DNA of 20,528 nucleotides from a virus (Duplodnaviria; Heunggongvirae; Uroviricota; Caudoviricetes): IMG/VR virus record IMGVR_UViG_2778261537_000015, positions 1 to 20,528 of that record; one strand, 5' to 3'. Shown piece by piece: positions 14,512 to 20,528 of this stretch (position 1 is its first letter; each line of letters starts with the position of its first letter). The notes under the pieces were generated by a model. It saw only the letters and a program-made list of their open reading frames with translations, ran no database searches and was not told where the DNA came from. The position numbers and the translations under genes were made by a program.

Positions 14512-14867
14512 CATACAGAACTATGCAACTGGACACTTCTACGTGGGACTTGACGCTTGACGGAAATGGCAATCTGGCGATCGCAGAAGAATCATATTCT
14601 GTTGCTCAGGATGTCGCCAGTGCGTGCCTGGTGTTTTCTGGAGAGTGTTATTACGACAATACGCTTGGGATTCCATGGAAGGCAGAAGTTCTTGGCAGGC
14701 GACCATCTCCTGGTTTTATTGCTCAGAAAATGCAGGCTGAAGCACTAAAATTACCCGTCGTTGAGGATGCTCTGGCATCAGTTTTCTTTGACAAGAATAC
14801 ACGTACAACTCGCGGCACAATCCGCGTTACTGATATCAATGGTAATATTGCACAGGCTACCTTATGA
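14508..14867 (+). CDS. Small baseplate wedge protein (Mu gp46-like), 119 aa
   Basis: ATGA overlaps at both ends. It sits between the spike and J-like genes. Confidence 0.65.
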   Translation: MTYRTMQLDTSTWDLTLDGNGNLAIAEESYSVAQDVASACLVFSGECYYDNTLGIPWKAEVLGRRPSPGFIAQKMQAEALKLPVVEDALASVFFDKNTRTTRGTIRVTDINGNIAQATL

Positions 14868-16093
14868 CGATATTAAATACGGCTGTTCCTGATGTAACCA
14901 TCACTGAAAACGGTCTTTCAGTTCCCGACATAGCGGATGTGCTGGCGGGAAGACTTACAGACATGTCAACGGTTCTTGGCGGTGGCGCAAGTCAGTCACT
15001 GAGTTCACCGCAAGGTCAGATCGCACAGTCTGACACTGAAATTATTGCTCAGGTATACGACAAGCTTCTTTGTTTGTTTAATCAAATAAACCCTGACTTC
15101 TCAACAGGTAGATTCCAGGACGGGATTGGCCGGATTTACTTTATGGAACGGAACGCTGCTCAGGGGACAGTTGTTACGGCAACATGCATTGGTCAGGTTG
15201 GAACAACAATACCAGCAGGGAGTACCGCTGTGGATACGAGCGGGTATATATATCAGTCAATTGACAATGCCGTAATACCCTCATCAGGCTCTGTTGATGT
15301 GCAGTTTGTCAACACAACAACCGGGCCAATTCCGTGTGCATCCGGTTCACTGAACCAGATTTATCGAGCCGTTTCCGGGTGGGATGCTGTAAATAATATT
15401 AGCCCTGGAGTCGTTGGTGTTGATGTTGAATCACGTATCGCCTTTGAAACTCGCCGGAGACAATCAGTTGCCAGAAACAGTCGAAATCAGGACGCATCTA
15501 CATTAGCAGCGTTACTTGCGACTGATGGTGTGCTTGATGCTTACGTATGGTCAAACAGAACTGCAGAAACAGTAAATAAAGGAACAACGAATTTCCCGAT
15601 TCTTGCGCATTCTGTTTATATTTGTGTTTATGGCGGGGCTGATACGGATGTTGCTGAGTCAATATTCAATACTTATAACCCCGGTGCCAATATGAATGGT
15701 GATACAACGTTCACTGTTTACGATAACGTTAATTACATGCCGCCATATCCATCTTACGTTATGCAATGGCAAAAGGCATCACCTACGCGGGTTTACTTTA
15801 AGGTAAATATCGATGCCTCACTAAATCCACCAAGTGATATAACTAAGCAAGTAAAGAAAATGGTTGCTACTGTATTCAATGGAGGGTATGAGGGTATTGG
15901 GAAGGCGCGAATTGGTTCTACGATAAATGCTGGTAAATACTATGCCCCTGTTATTTCAATATCTCCTGATACAGTTGGCATTTTGTCTCTTGAAATTTCT
16001 CTCGATGGTTCACTATACGGACCTGCTGTGACTATGGGCATAGACCAGGTTCCAACCATTCAGGAATCAGATATTACTGTTACATTGTCGTAG
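14864..16093 (+). CDS. Baseplate J-like protein (Mu gp47), 409 aa
   Basis: Size and order match a J-like protein. An N-terminus of the MTILNTA...TITENGLSVPDIADVLAGRL type is common in Baseplate_J family proteins. Confidence 0.75.
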   Translation: MTILNTAVPDVTITENGLSVPDIADVLAGRLTDMSTVLGGGASQSLSSPQGQIAQSDTEIIAQVYDKLLCLFNQINPDFSTGRFQDGIGRIYFMERNAAQGTVVTATCIGQVGTTIPAGSTAVDTSGYIYQSIDNAVIPSSGSVDVQFVNTTTGPIPCASGSLNQIYRAVSGWDAVNNISPGVVGVDVESRIAFETRRRQSVARNSRNQDASTLAALLATDGVLDAYVWSNRTAETVNKGTTNFPILAHSVYICVYGGADTDVAESIFNTYNPGANMNGDTTFTVYDNVNYMPPYPSYVMQWQKASPTRVYFKVNIDASLNPPSDITKQVKKMVATVFNGGYEGIGKARIGSTINAGKYYAPVISISPDTVGILSLEISLDGSLYGPAVTMGIDQVPTIQESDITVTLS

Positions 16094-16103
16094 GGGGAGC
16101 GGT

Positions 16104-16742
16104 ATGTGGGAAGACACAATTCTTACCCAGTACTCTGCAAGCAAAAAATTACTATCCATCATTGATACCTTTAATCAGGCAATTAGCCTTGATGATTTCA
16201 CTGATGAGTTTATTAAAAAAATATGGGATTTGACCACCTGTGAGACATTCGGGTTGGACATGTGGGGTAAAATAGTTGGAATAAGCCGTTATATTAATAC
16301 TCCAATAGAAGCCAGTTCTTTCGGATTCAATGAAGCAGATGGCAAAGATCCAGATTACCCAACTCCTTTCAACGATTCACCTTTTTTTGGTGGTGTACAG
16401 GAGACAACGAATGTCAGGTTGAGTGATGATGCTTACAGAACTCTCATATTTTGCAAAGCATTCACAAATATAAGTATTGCCACGATCCCTGAAATAAACA
16501 GATTTCTAAAAATATTGTTTTATCAAAGAGGGAGAGCATATTGCGTAAATTATCGAGATATGACAATAGGAATAACGTTTGAATTTGAGCTTGCGACATA
16601 CGAAGAATCGATTCTCACGAATTATGAGGTGATGCCCGTCCCGAGTGGTGTTCTGGTAAATATACGTAAAATCATTTCCCCTTATTTTGGTTTTTCATCT
16701 GATGCCTATCCGTTTAATGATGGCACATTTTATAGGAATTAA
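16104..16742 (+). CDS. Baseplate or tail-fibre adaptor protein (Mu gp48 / e14 YmfQ-like, DUF2313), 212 aa
   Basis: Position immediately upstream of the tail fibre gene. The protein is aromatic-rich, FGFNEADGKDPDYPTPFNDSPFFGG. Confidence 0.7.
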   Translation: MWEDTILTQYSASKKLLSIIDTFNQAISLDDFTDEFIKKIWDLTTCETFGLDMWGKIVGISRYINTPIEASSFGFNEADGKDPDYPTPFNDSPFFGGVQETTNVRLSDDAYRTLIFCKAFTNISIATIPEINRFLKILFYQRGRAYCVNYRDMTIGITFEFELATYEESILTNYEVMPVPSGVLVNIRKIISPYFGFSSDAYPFNDGTFYRN

Positions 16743-16744
16743 GC

Positions 16745-17608
16745 ATGAATCGTTCTGACTCACCTAAAAAACAACCTAAGCCATTTGGAGTTAATGGACA
16801 GAGAGGGGTAATATTGCCAACCACCCCTGCAGGTGATAACTCAGCATCGTATGAACAGGGGTTTCCTCCAATAACAATGATCCTGAAATCTGCTGGCGGT
16901 TTGCCGCCAAAAGGCCAGGATATGAACCAAATTTTATACGAACTTTCGGCTCTTGGTAGATGGTCGAGCACAGGGGCGCTGAATACTTTTGATTCTGAAT
17001 TTGCTTCGGAGATTTCTGGATATCCGTCAGGGGCGATGCTCATCTCGGACGATGGGGAAAGAATATTCATTAACACAACAGAAGGAAATCTATCTGATCC
17101 AAACAGCAATGGTGCCGGGTGGAAAGATGTTCTTTCATACCTTGGTTTGGGAGAAACGATAAATAAAGCCTCCGGAGCTATGCAGAAATCGGCTAATGGA
17201 GCTGATATTTCTGATGTATCAGCCTTCCGAAATGCGCTCCAGTTAGGGACCGCTGCAACACGAGATGTTGGTGCCGGGTTAATTAATGGCATTCCGGACA
17301 TGTCCTCATTCCGTGGTTCATTAGCCGGAACTGGTTACATTAAAATCCCCATTATCGGTGCCGGAGGCGGTGCGCAAACCATTGTCATTCAGTGGGGAGT
17401 GCATTCAACTCCCCCTGGCAGTAATGCTGCCTACAATCTGGCTGTAGCATTTCCTAACTCGATACTCTGGGCTACCGGGGGACGCGGTGCCCCTGGGTCA
17501 AATGCATCGATGAATGTCGGTCCAGAAGGGACTCAACAAATTAGAATTCAGAACTATGCACCCAGCGGCCCTAATGAAAACTGCTTCTGGATTGCGATTG
17601 GTTATTGA
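16745..17608 (+). CDS. Short tail fibre protein (receptor-binding), 287 aa
   Basis: Conserved fibre N-terminus (ILPTTPAGDNSASYEQGFPPITMILKSAGGLPPKGQDMNQILYELS). The C-terminal half is Gly-rich and likely variable. A tail fibre assembly chaperone gene follows. Confidence 0.75.
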   Translation: MNRSDSPKKQPKPFGVNGQRGVILPTTPAGDNSASYEQGFPPITMILKSAGGLPPKGQDMNQILYELSALGRWSSTGALNTFDSEFASEISGYPSGAMLISDDGERIFINTTEGNLSDPNSNGAGWKDVLSYLGLGETINKASGAMQKSANGADISDVSAFRNALQLGTAATRDVGAGLINGIPDMSSFRGSLAGTGYIKIPIIGAGGGAQTIVIQWGVHSTPPGSNAAYNLAVAFPNSILWATGGRGAPGSNASMNVGPEGTQQIRIQNYAPSGPNENCFWIAIGY

Positions 17609-17619
17609 GGGGGATAAAG

Positions 17620-18039
17620 ATGAAAAATGTTTATAAGTTTCATGATGGCTTATTTTACCCACCGGACCTGAATTATGAGTCTATTCCAGATAGTGCGATA
17701 GAAGTATCGAGCGAGGAGTATATAAAAGCCATGAGCCGCGCACCTGGAAGCACTTTTACGGTCAATGATGCTGGTGTTGTCACTATTATCCCGGCACCAG
17801 AGCCTACGCAGGAGCAACGTATCGCTCAGGCTGAGGTGCATAAACAATTCTTGCTGGATGAAGCTACGCAAAGGATTACTATCTGGCAAACCAAGCTTCT
17901 CATGGGGCGTAAGTTAACGGATGATGAATCAGCCAGCCTTAATGCCTGGATGGACTATATTGACGAAGTAGCGAAGACTAAAGCCGTCACTGCACCCGAT
18001 ATCGTCTGGCCTACGCCTCCGGGGGAGCAGGCCAATTGA
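17620..18039 (+). CDS. Tail fibre assembly chaperone (Tfa; Mu U / P2 G-like), 139 aa
   Basis: ATG at 17620 with a GAGGGGGA RBS. The N-terminus, KNVYKF.DGLFYPP, and the C-terminal WPTPP motif are typical of Tfa proteins. Confidence 0.75.
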   Translation: MKNVYKFHDGLFYPPDLNYESIPDSAIEVSSEEYIKAMSRAPGSTFTVNDAGVVTIIPAPEPTQEQRIAQAEVHKQFLLDEATQRITIWQTKLLMGRKLTDDESASLNAWMDYIDEVAKTKAVTAPDIVWPTPPGEQAN

Positions 18040-18118
18040 TATCCGGCGCACAGGACAAAACTGATACACACAAAGCTTTGCACTGGATTGCAAGGCTTTG
18101 TGCTATTCGATAGTTGTT

Positions 18119-18141
18119 AAGGTGGATCACTCCACCTTTTC
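18119..18141. terminator. Bidirectional terminator (AGGTGGA-TCAC-TCCACCT plus TTTT) shared by the tail operon and intS
   Basis: A 7-bp GC-rich stem with a T-run lies downstream on the plus strand and an A-rich stretch lies downstream on the minus strand. The intS TGA stop lies in the loop. Confidence 0.55.
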
Positions 18142-19284
18142 ATCAAGCCAATCCGCCCACCACTGCATCATTTCTCTGCGCTTATCTAGATACTGAGCAT
18201 GGTTGTAAATCCCACGCACAGATCCGCCGTTGGCATGTGCCAGTTGCACTTCAATGGCGTCGGCAGGCCATTCGTGCTCGTTCATAATCGTGCTGAATTC
18301 ATGCCTGAATCCGTGACCGCTTTCCAGCCCCTCATAGCCGATTTGTTTGATCACAAGTAGCACCGCGTTCTCGCAGATTGGTTTCTTCTTATCGTTGCGC
18401 CCGGCAAAAACAAATTCTGATACTGGTTTAGTGATGGAGCTTAGCGTAGTGAGAAGTTCAACCACCTGGTCTGACATCGGGACCACATGAATTTTGCGTC
18501 CCTTCATCACACTGGCGTCGATGGTGATAATCCTGTTTTCAAAATCGACGTTCTTCCATAGCATGGAGCGAAGCTCTTTCGTTCTTAGGGCTGTGTAGCG
18601 TAAAACTTTGGTCGCAATGAGCGATACGATACTTCCTGAAAATGTTGCCAGTGCTTTGTTGAATGCAGGGATCTGGTCTGCTGGAAGAAACGGGAAGTTC
18701 TTCTTGCGGTATCCTTTCATGGCGTCTGCAAGGTCAGGTGCCGGGTTATATTTAGCCCTGCCGGTGACAATAGCGTAACGGAAAACCTCGCCGCATCTTC
18801 TGCGGGCTTTGTTGGCTCGCTCCATTGCACCGCGGTCTTCAAATCTGCGGATTACTTCCTGCAGTTGCATCGGCTCAATATCCTGAATTTCAAGGCTGCC
18901 GATGATAGGTAAAATGTCTTCATCAAACATTTTTGCAAGTTCATTTGCATAGCCTACTGACCAGACTTGCTTCTTGTGCTCGTACCATTCCTTGTAAATC
19001 GCACTAAAGGAATTGTTGTTAGACGAAGCCTTTTTCGCCTTTACCGGATCGATGCCAACCGAGATGTCTTTCCTCGCAGTCCATGCTTTATCCCTTGCCT
19101 CCTGCAAAGTCATAAGCGGATATTTTCCGACGGTCAGGATTTTCTCCTTACCGCCAATCTTGTAGCGAAGCTGCCATACCTTTTTCCCTGACACAGGGAC
19201 ATAAAGGTACAGGCCATTACCATCGAGAAGGCGGTATGGTTTTTCTTTCGGCTTTGCTGCTTCAATCTGCTTAACGGTGAGCAT
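18127..19284 (-). CDS. intS: Tyrosine integrase IntS (KplE1/CPS-53 family), 385 aa
   Basis: The N-terminus MLTVKQIEAAKPKEKPYRLLDGNGLYLYVPVSGKKVWQLRYKIGGKEKIL matches what I recall of K-12 IntS. The C-terminal catalytic region has R...HGFRH...Y. The gene is adjacent to the argW tRNA 3' end. An alternative GTG start lies at 19320. Confidence 0.85.
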   Translation of the reverse strand: MLTVKQIEAAKPKEKPYRLLDGNGLYLYVPVSGKKVWQLRYKIGGKEKILTVGKYPLMTLQEARDKAWTARKDISVGIDPVKAKKASSNNNSFSAIYKEWYEHKKQVWSVGYANELAKMFDEDILPIIGSLEIQDIEPMQLQEVIRRFEDRGAMERANKARRRCGEVFRYAIVTGRAKYNPAPDLADAMKGYRKKNFPFLPADQIPAFNKALATFSGSIVSLIATKVLRYTALRTKELRSMLWKNVDFENRIITIDASVMKGRKIHVVPMSDQVVELLTTLSSITKPVSEFVFAGRNDKKKPICENAVLLVIKQIGYEGLESGHGFRHEFSTIMNEHEWPADAIEVQLAHANGGSVRGIYNHAQYLDKRREMMQWWADWLDEKVE

Positions 19285-19329
19285 GGGTAAAAATCCGATG
19301 GGTAAAATTATTTTACCCACTTTTTACCC
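19285..19329. promoter_or_regulatory. intS upstream region with four TTTTACCC/GGGTAAAA motifs, including a perfect palindrome GGGTAAAAT-T-ATTTTACCC (19300..19318). These are candidate IntS arm or TorI sites overlapping the intS promoter.
   Basis: The motifs lie at 19285..19292, 19300..19308, 19310..19318 and 19322..19329. The same motif occurs twice at the other end of the element. The KplE1 intS promoter is known to overlap attL and to be repressed by IntS and TorI. Confidence 0.45.
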
Positions 19330-19445
19330 GTCATGGAGTGCGGCTGTCAACGATCTGACGCGAACCATTACGAACTGTGAATCTACGGAAGGCTTGATAT
19401 TCAGGGGATTTTGCGGACTGCTACGGATGGGAGCGAACTGATAAA

Positions 19446-19460
19446 TGGTGTCCCCTGCAG
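19446..19460. repeat. attL core, which is the 3' terminal 15 nt of argW
   Basis: Exact repeat of 1689..1703. Confidence 0.8.
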
Positions 19461-19520
19461 GAATCGAACCTGCAATTAGCCCTTAGGAGGGGCTCGTTAT
19501 ATCCATTTAACTAAGAGGAC
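19446..19520 (-). tRNA. argW: tRNA-Arg(CCU), 75 nt with the CCA encoded
   Basis: The reverse complement of 19446..19520 reads GTCCTCTTAGTTAAATGGATATAACGAGCCCCTCCTAAGGGCTAATTGCAGGTTCGATTCCTGCAGGGGACACCA. It folds as a cloverleaf. The anticodon loop, CUCCUAA, gives anticodon CCU. Confidence 0.95.
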
Positions 19521-19526
19521 AATGCG

Positions 19527-19560
19527 GCATGAGTATACCCGCTAATGGACTGCGGGGTAA
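19527..19560 (-). promoter_or_regulatory. Putative argW promoter: a -10 TATACT at 19532..19537 (minus sense) 8 nt upstream of the tRNA 5' end, and a weak -35
   Basis: A TATACT hexamer lies just upstream of the mature 5' end, followed by a GC-rich discriminator (CATGCCGC). The -35 is poor (TTACCC). Confidence 0.3.
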
Positions 19561-19595
19561 GTACGCTGCCGCTCGATTGCTTAAACCCTCGCCAT

Positions 19596-20528
19596 TTATG
19601 CTGGGTTTTTATCATTTTTCTTAATGTTTTCCGCACGTTCTGCTTTTTGGCGTGCTTCTGCTTTACGCTTGTTGCTCATGTCGTTACGAATCTGTGCATG
19701 ACTCATTAACGCGAAGATAAAGGTGCCGCCGCAGATGTTCCCCGCTAAAGTAGGTAGTGCGAAGGGCCAGATGAAATCGCTCCAGTGCAGCGTGCCGTTA
19801 AACACCAGATAGAGGATTTCAACAGAACCGACAACGATGTGGGTGGTGTCACCCAGTGCAATAAGCCAGGTCATCAATATAATCACCACAATCTTTGCCG
19901 CACCCGCAGCAGGAAACATCCAAACCATAGTGGCGATCAGCCAGCCGGAAATGATCGCGTTGGCAAACATCTCGCTGGGGGTGTTCTTCATCACATCCAT
20001 GCCGATTTTGACAAATGCATCGCGAGTTTCTTCATTGAAGATAGGCATATATTCAAATGCCCATGCAGCAATACCTGTCCCGAGAATATTACCCAGCAGC
20101 ACGACGCCCCATAATCGCATAAGTAAGCCGACGTTGCTCATTGTCGGTTTTTGCATGACGGGTAGTACCGCAGTCACGGTGTTTTCGGTAAATAATTGCT
20201 GGCGGGCCATAATGACGATAATAAAACCAAAGGTATAACCGAGATTCTCCAGTAAGAAGCTGCCTGGCACTCCTTCCAGTTCGACATGAAATATCCCTTT
20301 TGCCAGTAGCGAAGCGCCCATCGACAGACCCGCCGCAATGGCTGACCACAGTAGCGCCATTGCGTCGCGTTCCAGCTCTTTTTCACCATCCTGGCGGATA
20401 TGCTCATGAATTGCCATCGCCCGGGAGGGGAGTCGGTCTTCATCTATTTCTATTTTTTTGCCGCGCTCTTTTTCTTCGCTCTCAACTTCAATTTCGTCGC
20501 TGTGTTGATCAATTTTGTCGTTGTCCAT
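19596..20528 (-). CDS. yfdC: Formate/nitrite transporter (FNT) family inner-membrane channel YfdC, 310 aa, complete
   Basis: A polytopic membrane protein of 310 aa with an acidic N-terminus (MDNDKIDQHSDEIEVESEEKERGKK). It is adjacent to argW, as in E. coli K-12. Its ATG is the last three bases of the window. Confidence 0.8.
   Translation of the reverse strand: MDNDKIDQHSDEIEVESEEKERGKKIEIDEDRLPSRAMAIHEHIRQDGEKELERDAMALLWSAIAAGLSMGASLLAKGIFHVELEGVPGSFLLENLGYTFGFIIVIMARQQLFTENTVTAVLPVMQKPTMSNVGLLMRLWGVVLLGNILGTGIAAWAFEYMPIFNEETRDAFVKIGMDVMKNTPSEMFANAIISGWLIATMVWMFPAAGAAKIVVIILMTWLIALGDTTHIVVGSVEILYLVFNGTLHWSDFIWPFALPTLAGNICGGTFIFALMSHAQIRNDMSNKRKAEARQKAERAENIKKNDKNPA

Larger units (their letters stand above)
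1689..19460. mobile_element. Integrated prophage-like element at argW (KplE1/CPS-53-family recombination module) carrying a Mu-like contractile-tail module and a P22 immI-like cassette, with no head or lysis genes
   Basis: A 15-bp direct repeat, TGGTGTCCCCTGCAG, lies at 1689..1703 and at 19446..19460. The right copy is the 3' end of the tRNA-Arg, including CCA. The integrase is adjacent to the tRNA and the excisionase is at the other end. Phage tail genes lie in between. Bacterial genes cscB and yfdC lie outside. Confidence 0.85.

Noticed and set aside
16714..17301. 195-aa minus-strand ORF inside the tail fibre gene
   Set aside because: It is fully embedded antisense to a well-supported fibre CDS. 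It has no RBS, and its composition is driven by the Gly-rich sense strand.
19785..20443. Several ORFs on both strands inside yfdC
   Set aside because: They overlap a conserved membrane-protein CDS. They are spurious.
1..20528. Searched by eye for CRISPR arrays, IS inverted repeats and transposases, and rRNA
   Set aside because: No regularly spaced direct repeats, no transposase-like ORFs and no rRNA-like sequence were seen.

Overview
The window holds a roughly 17.8-kb integrative element inserted at the 3' end of a tRNA-Arg(CCU) gene, with the bacterial genes cscB on the left flank and yfdC on the right. Most calls below rest on motif recognition from the translations, not on searches.

Layout:
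- Left flank: a complete 415-aa LacY-family sugar symporter I recognise as the sucrose permease CscB (1..1248), then about 440 bp of non-coding DNA.
- Element (1689..19460): bounded by a 15-bp direct repeat, TGGTGTCCCCTGCAG, at 1689..1703 and 19446..19460. The right copy is the 3' end of the tRNA.
- Right flank: an intact argW-like tRNA on the minus strand (19446..19520), then the complete 310-aa FNT-family channel gene yfdC (19596..20528, minus).

The recombination module looks like the E. coli KplE1/CPS-53 family. An IntS-like tyrosine integrase sits against the tRNA (18127..19284, minus). A TorI/AlpA-like excisionase sits at the opposite end (1777..1977, minus). Arrays of a TTTTACCC motif occur at both ends.

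Between the ends:
- A minus-strand 'early-left' remnant: a small 55-aa ORF, an ASCH-like protein, a small membrane protein and an Ea22-like/DUF551 fusion.
- A plus-strand contractile-tail module in Mu-like order, apparently complete: putative terminator protein, sheath, tube, a chaperone pair with a canonical -1 slippery site T_TTT_TTA, tape measure, hub, spike, wedge proteins, a short tail fibre and a fibre assembly chaperone.
- No capsid, portal, terminase, lysis, replication or CI/Cro-type genes are visible.
- The tail operon is interrupted between the tape measure and baseplate genes by a 3.3-kb cassette bracketed by terminators. It encodes a signal-peptide protein, a putative P63C-family protein behind a promoter carrying four ATGCAAGCAT half-sites, and a P22 immI-like trio: a divergent Mnt-like RHH repressor, a 57-aa Arc-like RHH ORF that is not in the ORF track, and an Ant-like antirepressor.

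I read the element as a degraded lambdoid/Mu-tail prophage (a KplE1-family variant) that kept an intact tail-only module plus a regulatory and moron cassette. That cassette and the tail-only architecture are the most interesting candidates for undescribed biology.

No CRISPR array, IS element or rRNA gene is visible. All family assignments need HMM or BLAST confirmation.
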